Origin: a virus
Lineage: Duplodnaviria; Caudoviricetes
Direction: 5' to 3' (one strand)
DNA: 64,000 bases
IMG/VR virus record: IMGVR_UViG_2681813556_000004
Coordinates: 1 to 64,000 of that record
The translations under genes and the position numbers were made by a program. Shown in pieces: positions 1 through 8,780 of this stretch; within the stretch, counting starts at the first letter, position 1, and each line of letters begins with the position of its first letter. The notes beneath the pieces are model-generated. The model made no database searches, was not told the DNA's origin, and saw only the letters and a list, made by a program, of their open reading frames with translations.

Positions 1-283
1 ATGGCCCCGACGTTACATGTGTTTCCGGTTCAACCTGTCTGTGACTTCCCGGTTGGACACCCCTTGCGCGAATATTCTCTGGCCCGTTGGATGATCCGCA
101 TCATGCCTTTTCACACGTTCAATTCTTCCCTGCCGCGGTCATCCCGCGCCAGAGCCGAGATCAGGGAAGCGCTCGCCAGCCTTCCCGGAGCGGAGTTGGT
201 TGTGGGCGGCGCGATCCTGTTTGGCCTGTTGATGGCCGGCTGAACGGCGGAGGCACGCCCCGTTCAGCGGGGTGACCATCGCC

Positions 284-982
284 CTATCCGCCTTCCAGCC
301 CGGCGATCCTTTTCAGCACGGCCTTGACGTTCGACACCTGCCAGTTCCCGCCGCGCCTTGTCCTGATGCCACGGGCCGCGAGTTCTGCGGCGATGGCCCG
401 GAGCGAGGTCGCGCCGCCGGCCCGGATGTCTGCGATGACGGGGGCAAGGTCGCGGGCAAAGCCCTGGGCATTGGCGGTGACGGCGGCGCGCAGGGCGGCC
501 CCGCCCTTGCCAGCCCGCCGCAGGCTGGCGGCGCCGTTCGGATTGCCGAGCCGCACCCCGCGGGACCGGGCCGCGGCAAGGGCCTCCTTCGTCCGCCGCG
601 AGATCGCCTCGCGCTCGGCTTCCGCCACCAGCGCCATGATGCCCACCGTCAGGTCATTGGCCTGCGGCATGTCGCAGGCCAGGAACTTCACCCCGCTGTC
701 CCTGAGGGCGAGCAGGAAGGCCGCGTTGCGCGAGAGCCGGTCCAGCCTGGCGATCACCAGCGTGGAGCCGGTCACCTTCGCCAGATGCAGGGCGCGCGAC
801 AATTCCGGCCGGTCGGCCCTGCGCCCACTCTCTACTTCGGTGAACCGCGCCAACACCTCCGCACCTCGCGCCGCCGCGAATGCCCCGATCGCTTTGCGCT
901 GTGCCTCGAGGCCGAGCCCCGACAGCCCCTGCCGCGCCGTCGACACCCGCTCATAGGCCACCAGCCGCCCTGCCGCCGCCAT
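284..982 (-). CDS. Serine recombinase (resolvase/invertase family) with short C-terminal DNA-binding domain
   Basis: N-terminal LVAYERVST catalytic motif, VIARLDRLSR, AEAEREAISRRTKEAL helix, C-terminal GIRTRRGGNW. Confidence 0.9.
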   Translation of the reverse strand: MAAAGRLVAYERVSTARQGLSGLGLEAQRKAIGAFAAARGAEVLARFTEVESGRRADRPELSRALHLAKVTGSTLVIARLDRLSRNAAFLLALRDSGVKFLACDMPQANDLTVGIMALVAEAEREAISRRTKEALAAARSRGVRLGNPNGAASLRRAGKGGAALRAAVTANAQGFARDLAPVIADIRAGGATSLRAIAAELAARGIRTRRGGNWQVSNVKAVLKRIAGLEGG

Positions 983-994
983 TCGTGCTCCCCC

Positions 995-1032
995 GTACAG
1001 ACCTGCGTAACGTTCGTTGCGCAGAAGGGTAC
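995..1032. promoter_or_regulatory. Imperfect inverted repeat upstream of the resolvase (res/site-I-like)
   Basis: gtac-N5-tgcgtaacg-tt-cgttgcgca-N5-gtac: 8/9 dyad around a 2-bp centre, 13 bp upstream of the resolvase ATG. Confidence 0.5.
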
Positions 1033-1140
1033 AGGATAGGTCGCCATGAAGTGTAGCGATTTCAATGATCTAATGGCAGAAGCATGACTTGTGCGGTCGA
1101 ACGTCGTCGTCTGTGCCCACCGGCGGAGAGGCCGCTTGCG

Positions 1141-1692
1141 TCAAAGTCTGGTGGCGTCGGGGCTGAGGGTGATCACCCCTTTGGCATCATCGCCCTCATC
1201 AAGCATCCTGTCCTCGTCGCCAGCCGCGGAGATGATGATGCGGCGGATGATAACTGGCGGCTCCGCAGTTTGCGGCGTGCCCTGCACGACAATGCGCGAC
1301 CGTGCCGCCGGGGTCAGCCCGATCTCGGCCATGTAGCGGCCCATCAGTTCCATCTGCCGGTTGGCCACCGACAGCCAGGGCGATTGCTGCACATAGCCCG
1401 AGGGCGTGCGGATCAAGAGCGGGGTCTCGCGCAGCTTCTCCTCCGCCTCCACCCAGCGGCCCCAGGCCTGGCAATAGGCTGCCAGCACCGCCCGGTCGAT
1501 CACCGTGATCACCCCCATGTCGTGCAGCACTCCGACAAGTCGGCGCCATTCCCTGCGTGCCTCGGCACCAAGATGGGAGGGGCAGCGCGGCAGATCCCGC
1601 GGCGGCGCCGGTTCGGCATGGTTCCACGCCCGCTTGCCGCGGTTGCCCTCGGCCCGGCGCCAGGCGCTCGGCTTACGGGGCGGCCCGCTCAT
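1141..1692 (-). CDS. Phage terminase small subunit, P27 family
   Basis: GRKP-like N-terminus, LAAYCQAWGRW, QQSPWLSVANRQMELMGRYMAEIGLTPAARSRI typical of P27-type TerS; ATGA overlap with upstream gene. Confidence 0.85.
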   Translation of the reverse strand: MSGPPRKPSAWRRAEGNRGKRAWNHAEPAPPRDLPRCPSHLGAEARREWRRLVGVLHDMGVITVIDRAVLAAYCQAWGRWVEAEEKLRETPLLIRTPSGYVQQSPWLSVANRQMELMGRYMAEIGLTPAARSRIVVQGTPQTAEPPVIIRRIIISAAGDEDRMLDEGDDAKGVITLSPDATRL

Positions 1693-1916
1693 GGCAGCCG
1701 GTCCTGCAAGGCATTGAAGAGCCGGCGCAGCCCATAGCCGCGCAGCAACGACAGGGCAGTGAACACCGTTGCCACCATCGCATTCTCGGCCAGAACAAGG
1801 TCATGACCGAGCGCCGGGAACAGCAACCGCTGTGCCCAGAGGGAGAGCAGGAAGCCCACCACCGTGCCCGTGAGGCTTTCGAAGGCCGAAGCGCTAGGGG
1901 ATTGACCAGTGGTCAT
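1689..1916 (-). CDS. Small 2-TM hypothetical phage protein
   Basis: 75 aa from ATG 1916; two hydrophobic segments (VVGFLLSLWAQ, VATVFTALSLL); translationally coupled to terS. Confidence 0.65.
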   Translation of the reverse strand: MTTGQSPSASAFESLTGTVVGFLLSLWAQRLLFPALGHDLVLAENAMVATVFTALSLLRGYGLRRLFNALQDRLP

Positions 1917-2340
1917 TTGCCCTGTCCTTCTCCAGTTCGATGGTGTCCGCTGCCTGGCCACGCTCGCAGATGGCCAGCATCTCGCGCAAAGTCTCGTCGC
2001 TCAGCCGGGTCAGGTCGAGCGTGCTCTCCGGCAAACTGGCCGGCGTGGCGACTTCCAATGTCTCGCGCCAGCCCCCTTGCGTCTTCAGATAGAAGATCAT
2101 CGCCGTGACATTGCCGGCCCGGGCCTTGGTAACCAGGCTCTGCGCCACCGCACCCACCGTACGCGCCTTCCCCCGCTTATAGCGTTCGGAAAGATCGGGA
2201 TCCCGGTTCATCAAGGCGAAGAAGGTCGTCCGGCCGATGCCGAGGAAGTCCGCGATCTGCTCGGCGTTCAGCACGGCGGCGAGCGTCTCCACCTCGGCCC
2301 GCTGCGCGTCGGTCACGGTGACTGGCGGACGTCCTGTCAC
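1894..2340 (-). CDS. HTH protein resembling a second, different small-terminase/DNA-packaging protein
   Basis: GTG 2340 overlaps the methylase stop (GTGA); HTH EQIADFLGIGRTTF; AGNVTAMIFYLKTQGGWRE; C-terminal DLTRLSDETL of the kind common in TerS. Confidence 0.6.
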   Translation of the reverse strand: MTGRPPVTVTDAQRAEVETLAAVLNAEQIADFLGIGRTTFFALMNRDPDLSERYKRGKARTVGAVAQSLVTKARAGNVTAMIFYLKTQGGWRETLEVATPASLPESTLDLTRLSDETLREMLAICERGQAADTIELEKDRANDHWSIP

Positions 2341-3587
2341 GGGCCCCCCTCCGCAGCCCGCTCGGCGCTCACGGTCGCAAAGGTCTCTCCCGTCGCCTCC
2401 AGCACCGCCTCGCGCCCGGTGAAGGCCTGCCAGCGGGCCACCGCGACATCGACGTAAGGAGGATCCAGTTCCAACGCATGGCAATGCCGCCCGCAGGTCT
2501 CCGCCGCGATGATCGTGGTCCCCGATCCGGAGAAGGGCTCATAGACCGCCTGGCCGGGCGAGGCATTGTTCAGCATCGGCCGACGCATGCACTCGACCGG
2601 CTTCTGCGTCCCATGGACCGTGGCCGCGTCCTGGTCCCGGCTCGCGATCTGCCACAGCGTGGTCTGCCTGCGGTCACCGGTCCAATGACCCTTGCCCCTG
2701 GCCCGCACCGCATACCAGCACGGCTCGTGCTGCCAGTGATAATCGCCCCGGCCGAGCACCAGCCGCTCCTTGGCCCAGACGATCTGGCTGCGGATCGCGA
2801 AGCCGGTGACGACAAGGCTTTCGGCCACCGTGGTGGCATGCAGGGCGCCGTGCCAGACATAGGCGACCTCGCCCGGAAACAGCTCCCAGGCCTCGCGCCA
2901 GTCCGCCCGGTCGTCATTCAGCACCTTGCCGGTGCGCCGCGTCTCCGAAAGTCCCGCCCGATTGCGCCAGGCCGGATCATAACCCACCCCATAGGGCGGA
3001 TCGGTCACCATCAGATGCGGCACCACGCCAGCGAGAACGCGGGCCACGGTCCCCGCATCCGTCGCATCACCGCAGATCAGCCGATGCGGTCCGAGGCACC
3101 ACAGGTCGCCCGGACGGGAGACCGCGACCGCGGGCGCCTCCGGGACATCCTCCTCCCGGGCATCCGGCTGCCCTGCGTTCAGCAGCGCATCCAGTTCCCT
3201 CGCCTCGAAGCCGAGGCTTCCCAGGTCCACCGCCATCTCGCGCAGATCGCCCAGTTCCAGCGCCAGCAGGTCGCGATCCCATCCCGCCTGTTCCGCAAGC
3301 CTGTTGTCGGCCAGCACATAGGCCCGCTTCTGCGCCTCGCTCAGATGGGCAAGCTCGATCACCGGCACCGCCCCCAGCCCCAGCTTGCGCGCCGCCAGCA
3401 CCCGGCCATGGCCGGCGATGATGCCGTTCGTCCCGTCGACCAGCACCGGATTGGTGAAACCGTATTCCCGGATCGATCCCGCGATCAGCGCCACCTGCGC
3501 CTCCGAATGGGTCCGGGCATTGCGCGCATAGGGGATCAGGTCGCCAATCGGGCGGTAGTCGATCGTAAGGGTCCGTCCGCCGTCCAT
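2337..3587 (-). CDS. ParB-like N-terminal domain + N4/N6 DNA methyltransferase (beta class)
   Basis: PYARNARTH...GFTNPVLVD...IAGHGR (ParB); VTDPPY motif IV then VYEPFSGSGTT motif I; GGAGG RBS before ATG 3587. Confidence 0.9.
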   Translation of the reverse strand: MDGGRTLTIDYRPIGDLIPYARNARTHSEAQVALIAGSIREYGFTNPVLVDGTNGIIAGHGRVLAARKLGLGAVPVIELAHLSEAQKRAYVLADNRLAEQAGWDRDLLALELGDLREMAVDLGSLGFEARELDALLNAGQPDAREEDVPEAPAVAVSRPGDLWCLGPHRLICGDATDAGTVARVLAGVVPHLMVTDPPYGVGYDPAWRNRAGLSETRRTGKVLNDDRADWREAWELFPGEVAYVWHGALHATTVAESLVVTGFAIRSQIVWAKERLVLGRGDYHWQHEPCWYAVRARGKGHWTGDRRQTTLWQIASRDQDAATVHGTQKPVECMRRPMLNNASPGQAVYEPFSGSGTTIIAAETCGRHCHALELDPPYVDVAVARWQAFTGREAVLEATGETFATVSAERAAEGGP

Positions 3588-3771
3588 CTGCGCCTCCCAT
3601 CCCCCCGGGCCGCAACAAGCGGCATGTCCAGAGGGGCTCAGGACAAGGATATCAGATGGGGCAAGATATTGTAATAATGACAATAAATGCTGATTGACGA
3701 CAGATGGAGACGATGCCGGACAGGAGTGAAGCCATCGCCATCGCGCATCCCTGTCGCACCGAAGCGCCCGA

Positions 3772-6700
3772 TCAACCCGGCTTCCATTCCGCAAGGGGGC
3801 CGACTGCGCCCTCGAGCAGCCGTCGCGGGTCGGACGCAATCGCCTCGATCCACCAGGCCCGCTGCCAGGAGCGGCCCCGGCCGGGACGGCGGTAGGCAGC
3901 CGATTTAAGCGACATTTCCCTATAAGGATTATCTATAGGGATTTGTCGCTTAAATCCTGCCCTCTCCAACGCCTTCTGCGCCTGCTTCTCGTCACTGAAC
4001 AGCCCCGGATGCAGCACCGCCGCATCGGCTGGGCTATCCACCGCCAGTCCCGCCAGCAGCATGCGCTGGATGATGTCCGGCATCACGGCTTCCCAGGCCA
4101 GCACGCGATCGTGGACCAGCGGCAGGGCAACGTCTGCCAGAACCTGGACCTCGAGCGGATTCGCCGCTGTCCGGTTCACCCCGCGACCCCGGCCGATGGC
4201 CTGGATCACTTCATCGTCGCAAACAGCCGAACGCATGAGTTCTGCGAGCGGGTCCTCGTGCTCGATCGCGACGATCGGGCGCCGGGATCCGTCCCGCATC
4301 AAGAGGCCCCGCCGGACCCGATGGTAGGCACCCATGGGCACATGTCCGAGGTAGGCGCTGGTGATGTGCCCAAGATCCTCGTTTCCGGGCAGCGGCCGGC
4401 CGATGACGATCAGCAGCGCCACGTCCTTGTAGGCATCCAGTCCGGCGATGGCCTTGAAGTGTCCCGTCTCGACACCTGGTATTCCGGCGAAGGCCGGTTC
4501 GATCTGCTTGTAGGTGACCACCAGTGTCCTGCCCGGCGCAACACGGGTCGCTTCCCAGCGGACATGGTCGACGCAGTCCCGGAGCCGGTTCCGCCGCCGC
4601 CGCGCCTCGTCCGGAGCGGCCTTCGGATCCTCCACCAGGGATGACTTGCCGAAGCTGCCCTGCACCGCGGTCAACCGCATCTGCGGCATGGACGCAGCGA
4701 TCTCGATGACATCAAGTCCTGGCAGCACCGTCCCGGCAAGGCCAGGTCGCAGCGTGGCGTCGAGATGCAGGATCGGCAGTTGGGCGAGGTCCTGATCGAT
4801 CCCCTGCAGGCGGGTCACCTCGATGGAAGCGGCGCCGGTCCCGGGATCAGGCGGCATGACCCGGACACGACCGTCCTGGTCTTCGGCCCCCTGCAGGCAG
4901 CCCTCCAGGGCATGGAACAGGGCCTCGCGCCGGACCGACCGATTGGCGTCCCAGCTGAGTTCCGCCGCGCGTCGGCGCGCCCCCTGCGGCAGGCCCGGGC
5001 GCAGGCCGGGATCAACGCGCAGCCGGATTTCCAGCGCGGCGGCGGTGGCGCATGCCGCGACAGTGAGACCTGCGTCGACAAGGTGCTGCCTCATCAGCGG
5101 GCCCGCCCCGTTGGCCCGCAAAGCGTCACTCGCCAGCGTCCGGAGGCGGAAGAGCTCGGTCCAGGCGGCTTCCTCCTCCTCGGGATCGTCCAGTCTCGGC
5201 GTGTCGACGGCCTCGGCCGCAGTGATCTCCGCGAGGCCAATCCGGGTCCGACGGACGGCTCGCTCCCAGCAGCCCTCGTCGATCACGATCAGCGCTGCCT
5301 TGACCGCCGGCACCGACAATCCGGTGAAGAGGCTGTCATAGGCCGCCAGAACCACATCGGCCTCTTCGATCTCGCGCAGGTTCTCCTGCTTGGCACAGGC
5401 GTCGAAGGTGTGACAACGGGCGCCGCCGCGCCGCATGCAGGCATTGGGGAAGGCAGGAAGCCCGGACGCGATAGCCAGCCTCACCATGTCGAGATCCCGG
5501 CACATGGTCCGGCCAAGCCCGGGCACCATCGCCTCGTAGCCGCGATGGACGGCAACGCGCAGATTGTCGCCCGCCCAGCCGAGCGCCGCCTCGTCCGCCA
5601 GCGCCAGGGATGGCACGAAGACGAGGATGCAATGCGGAAGGCCGGCCTCCTTCAGCCGCTGCTGCAATGCAAGAAGTTCCCGCCGTGAGACCGCCGACTT
5701 TCCGAGGCCGACGCTGGCGCGGAGGCCGGTCCGTGGACCCGGTTCCTCGCACCCCGAGGCGCTCCAGTCCTCGGCCGAACGGCAGAATGCTGCGATCGCT
5801 TCCGCGAGCTTTTCCCGGGCGTCGCCGACGGGCAGGCCGGGCTCGACCTCGACGGGCTCCGCGTCCGGAGATGCGCGTGGCGGCAGACGGCCAGCCGCTG
5901 CAAGGCCGAGCTTATCGCAGACCTTCGTCAGAGCATCATGGAGATCATAGGACGTCGAGCTGTCCTTCTTGCCCCGGGACAGATCGGTGGTTGCGCTGAA
6001 CCGCTGCCAGGCGCGTTCGGCCAGGATGTCGGGGGCCAGGGTTTGATCGGCATCGATCGCGTCGTGAACCGCGTGATAGGCGATCGTCGACAACCAGCCG
6101 TCACGCCCGTCGACGACAATCCCATCGGCATCGCGGACCGGGCCGGTCGCAGGACCCGCGTTTCCACCTCGCCGTGCCCGACGTTGCTGCTCCCCGATCG
6201 GAGGGAGGAGCGCTGCAAGCTCGAACAGGAGATCGCGGCAGATGGCCTCGTCGACGAGTGGCAGGTCGGCAAGCGGCAGATCGAGCGGCGTGTCGCCGGC
6301 TGGCCAGTAATACGGCTGCCCGGTGTCCGGGTGGATGCCAAAGGCCACGAACTGCTGGCCGAGGCCAAGGAATTCGAGCTTGCGTGCAGACAGTTTGGCA
6401 AAGGGCGTTTCGGTTCGCGCGAGATAGAGCCGTTTCGGCCAGAGTCCGACGCGCATTGGCAAACTGCCAAGCCTGCCCTCGACGATCCGCCCCATCTGGT
6501 GCGCGGTGTCGGGGTCAAGGACATCTATATCGATGCCGACGAGCTGTCCGGTTCGCAATCCGACCCCGGACATGGGAAACGTCTCGATCCAGCGGGATAC
6601 CTGCGCTTCGTCGATCCGGGCTGTCGTCCAGGCGTCCACAGCCGGGCGTTTTGTTCCTGCGAGGATCGGCAGCGGTTCAAAGCCATTGTCGAGAAGCCGG

Positions 6701-6810
6701 GCCGCCAGATCGCCATAGCCTTGACCGGCCATGCCGAAGGGGCCGCCGCCGGCAGCCTGGCTGTCTTCCCTGTTGTCTTGCGCGGGTCCGGACTGGCGAT
6801 CCCGCGCCAT
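3772..6810 (-). CDS. Bifunctional primase/polymerase (Prim-Pol) fused to helicase-like domain
   Basis: N-terminal PLPILAGTKRP...GVGLRTG...GIDID...FVAFGIHP; Walker-like ASVGLGKS and LIVIDEG; QAIGRGRG. Alternative start ATG 6732. Confidence 0.8.
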   Translation of the reverse strand: MARDRQSGPAQDNREDSQAAGGGPFGMAGQGYGDLAARLLDNGFEPLPILAGTKRPAVDAWTTARIDEAQVSRWIETFPMSGVGLRTGQLVGIDIDVLDPDTAHQMGRIVEGRLGSLPMRVGLWPKRLYLARTETPFAKLSARKLEFLGLGQQFVAFGIHPDTGQPYYWPAGDTPLDLPLADLPLVDEAICRDLLFELAALLPPIGEQQRRARRGGNAGPATGPVRDADGIVVDGRDGWLSTIAYHAVHDAIDADQTLAPDILAERAWQRFSATTDLSRGKKDSSTSYDLHDALTKVCDKLGLAAAGRLPPRASPDAEPVEVEPGLPVGDAREKLAEAIAAFCRSAEDWSASGCEEPGPRTGLRASVGLGKSAVSRRELLALQQRLKEAGLPHCILVFVPSLALADEAALGWAGDNLRVAVHRGYEAMVPGLGRTMCRDLDMVRLAIASGLPAFPNACMRRGGARCHTFDACAKQENLREIEEADVVLAAYDSLFTGLSVPAVKAALIVIDEGCWERAVRRTRIGLAEITAAEAVDTPRLDDPEEEEAAWTELFRLRTLASDALRANGAGPLMRQHLVDAGLTVAACATAAALEIRLRVDPGLRPGLPQGARRRAAELSWDANRSVRREALFHALEGCLQGAEDQDGRVRVMPPDPGTGAASIEVTRLQGIDQDLAQLPILHLDATLRPGLAGTVLPGLDVIEIAASMPQMRLTAVQGSFGKSSLVEDPKAAPDEARRRRNRLRDCVDHVRWEATRVAPGRTLVVTYKQIEPAFAGIPGVETGHFKAIAGLDAYKDVALLIVIGRPLPGNEDLGHITSAYLGHVPMGAYHRVRRGLLMRDGSRRPIVAIEHEDPLAELMRSAVCDDEVIQAIGRGRGVNRTAANPLEVQVLADVALPLVHDRVLAWEAVMPDIIQRMLLAGLAVDSPADAAVLHPGLFSDEKQAQKALERAGFKRQIPIDNPYREMSLKSAAYRRPGRGRSWQRAWWIEAIASDPRRLLEGAVGPLAEWKPG
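3902..3956. repeat. AT-rich 23-bp inverted repeat (21/23) with 9-nt loop inside the 3' end of the Prim-Pol gene
   Basis: gatttaagcgacatttccctata (3902-3924) versus tatagggatttgtcgcttaaatc (3934-3956). Confidence 0.9.
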
Positions 6811-6813
6811 GGG

Positions 6814-7023
6814 TCAGTCCGGCGTGAAGCTCTGCCGGGCCTCGAAGGCCTCGACATCACTCAGGCGATAGAACACCAGCCCGCCGAGCCTCACCCAGGC
6901 CGGGCCGTAGCGAGCCTCCCTCCAACGCTGCAGCGTGCGCGGTGCCAGGCGCCACCGCGCCGCAAGTTCGCGTGTCGTCAGCAGGGAGGGCTGTGGCGGA
7001 TGCGCGCCGGGATGAACCGTCAT
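6814..7023 (-). CDS. Excisionase/MerR-like HTH DNA-binding protein
   Basis: LLTTRELAARWRLAPRTLQRWR...GPAWVRLGGLVFYRLSDVEAFE; TGATG coupling with upstream ORF. Confidence 0.85.
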   Translation of the reverse strand: MTVHPGAHPPQPSLLTTRELAARWRLAPRTLQRWREARYGPAWVRLGGLVFYRLSDVEAFEARQSFTPD

Positions 7024-7298
7024 CAGGCCGCCCCCCGGCGATGAACCAGGGGCAAGGCCGCGGCACCGCCCTGGCAACCCTGCTCGCGGGCAAGGAAGTA
7101 CAGCGCCTCCAGCGCCGCGCGTTCGGCGGGCGTCAGCACCGCCCGGCGGTCGAGGGCAAAGGCCAGGTCATCGAGCGTCGCTGTTGCGACCTCCACCTCG
7201 CGCGGACCGAGGCGGCACGGGCCGAAGACGCTGATCATCCGCGGCAGTGCCGCGAGGGCGAGACTGGCCGCAAGCGGGGAATGGCGGCGATCAGACAT
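7023..7298 (-). CDS. Hypothetical protein
   Basis: 91 aa, overlaps both neighbours in an operon-like chain. Confidence 0.6.
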   Translation of the reverse strand: MSDRRHSPLAASLALAALPRMISVFGPCRLGPREVEVATATLDDLAFALDRRAVLTPAERAALEALYFLAREQGCQGGAAALPLVHRRGAA

Positions 7299-7533
7299 CG
7301 GCCACCGCCCAGGCCTGAGGCGGTCTCACGGCCGGATCAGGGGCCGGCATGCCGATCGCATCCTCGCCATCATCGGCATAGATCGCCAGCAGCGGCGTGC
7401 CGTCGGCGTGATGACCGGCATCCTCGATCCGGTAGCTGCGATTGGAGGCGCAGACTTCCGCCAGTTCCCAGCGGCGGTAGAAGCCCGGCAGGCGGCGGAA
7501 CTCGCCGGGCGTGGTGGCAATGATGCAGGTCAT
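7291..7533 (-). CDS. Hypothetical protein
   Basis: 80 aa, first gene after the putative sigma-dependent promoter; coupled to next gene. Confidence 0.6.
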   Translation of the reverse strand: MTCIIATTPGEFRRLPGFYRRWELAEVCASNRSYRIEDAGHHADGTPLLAIYADDGEDAIGMPAPDPAVRPPQAWAVADV

Positions 7534-7579
7534 CGATGTCTTCCCCTGTTCCGAGTGGGGCGCCGAGGGGCGCTCACAG

Positions 7580-7612
7580 GGGAAAAGCCAATCGCGCAGG
7601 CCGGATGGGACA
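7580..7612 (-). promoter_or_regulatory. Bipartite motif TGTCCCAT-N13-TTGGCTTTTCCC; putative promoter for the element-encoded sigma factor (copy 1)
   Basis: Both blocks and the spacer length are identical to the copy at 11062-11094; lies 46 nt upstream of ATG 7533. Confidence 0.65.
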
Positions 7613-7617
7613 TCGGC

Positions 7618-8340
7618 TCAGGGGATTTCCACGAAGGCGGCCCGAAGCCTGCGCATCGCGCGCTGGTAGCGTTTGCGGGCTGCCTCGTGGGTGAGACCGA
7701 ATTCGGCGGCCACCTCCGCCTGGCTGTATCCCTCGATCGCCACACGGATCACCAGCAGGGCATCGATGCCGAGCAGCTTCCGCAGTTCATCCTCCAGGGC
7801 TGCCGCCTCCGCAGCCTGCTGGCCTCCGGCCCGATCGGCGGGCAGGTCATCGGGAGCGGTGATGCTGGTGAGGAATGTGTGCTCTGCCCGCTTGCGATGT
7901 GCGCGGATCATGTCGCGTTCGACATTGAGCAGCACCGTGGCCGCGATCCAGGTGACGCGCCCGAGATCGAGTCCGCGGACCGCCTCGGTCGTACGCGACA
8001 TGATCTCCGAGGTGATCTCCTCGGCGGAGCCGATCCTGCGCCGGATCGATCGGTGCCGGATCGCGTCCAGTCCCGGCCAGAGCGCCAGCAGCATCACGGT
8101 CAGCGCGCAATCCGACACCGGACCATCGGACTGCGCCGCCTCGACGAGGGCTGTGAGGATCAGCTTCTTGTCGTCGGATGCGTCCCTTGTGCGATGCAGC
8201 CCGTCGAACAGCGCCACCGGATCGCGGAATGGGGCTAGCGCAGCATGCGCCTGCCGCAGGGCCTCAAAGCTGCGCTGGAACTGAAGCCTGGACGAGGATC
8301 GCATCAGATCCTCGCGGATCTCGTGCCAGGAAAAGGACAC
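7618..8340 (-). CDS. ECF-like sigma-70 family RNA polymerase sigma factor
   Basis: Region-2-like TWIAATVLLNVERDMIR; region-4 HTH GYSQAEVAAEFGLTHEAARKRYQRAMRRLR; GTG start. Confidence 0.75.
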   Translation of the reverse strand: MSFSWHEIREDLMRSSSRLQFQRSFEALRQAHAALAPFRDPVALFDGLHRTRDASDDKKLILTALVEAAQSDGPVSDCALTVMLLALWPGLDAIRHRSIRRRIGSAEEITSEIMSRTTEAVRGLDLGRVTWIAATVLLNVERDMIRAHRKRAEHTFLTSITAPDDLPADRAGGQQAAEAAALEDELRKLLGIDALLVIRVAIEGYSQAEVAAEFGLTHEAARKRYQRAMRRLRAAFVEIP

Positions 8341-8413
8341 CGGACGCCAGCCTTTCGGCCGGGCGTCCAGCGCCTCTCGGGGACCAGATCAGGGCGTCAT
8401 GCGCCTCTCGGGG
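8341..8413 (-). promoter_or_regulatory. Structured leader of the sigma gene: 22-nt direct repeat x2, 3-codon uORF (8400-8389), GAAA-tetraloop hairpin abutting GTG
   Basis: Repeats 8361-8382 and 8392-8413 (20/22 identical); ATG ACG CCC TGA after GAGAGG; stem GGACGCC-C-GGCC-GAAA-GGCT-GGCGTCC ends 1 nt before GTG. Confidence 0.6.
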
Positions 8414-8439
8414 TTGAAGGGGACGGGGGAAGGCGCGCT

Positions 8440-8688
8440 CTAGCGCGCCGGCCCGCTCGTATGATTCAGCGTGCCGCAGCCGCGGCACTTCGCCTGGACC
8501 GGAAAGCCCGTGAAATACTCGTGCCCCCGCGCGAAGCTCACGTGCATCCGGCCTTCACGGAACACGCCAAGCACGCCGCCGCAGCAGATGCAGCGCCAGG
8601 TCGAGGACGGGGTGGCGGGCGGGGTCTTCTGCGTCGCGCCCGACCGGCGCAACGATGCGGGCGGGCGAGAGGGGAAGGGAATCGGCAT
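8440..8688 (-). CDS. Mu Com-like zinc-finger protein
   Basis: WRCICCGGVLG...VQAKCRGCGTLN matches the Com-type CxxC...KCxxCgtxN pattern; AGGAG RBS before ATG 8688. Confidence 0.65.
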   Translation of the reverse strand: MPIPFPSRPPASLRRSGATQKTPPATPSSTWRCICCGGVLGVFREGRMHVSFARGHEYFTGFPVQAKCRGCGTLNHTSGPAR

Positions 8689-8780
8689 CGGAGTGCTCCT
8701 TGGTTTCAGGAGCAATCCAGATGGATCAGCGAATCGGAGATTGTCAGACCCCCCAATCGGAGCCGGATCGGAGCCAGCCG

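Noticed and set aside
1-243. ORF at the window edge (80 aa)
   Set aside because: No recognisable motif or RBS context; cannot tell it from a chance ORF
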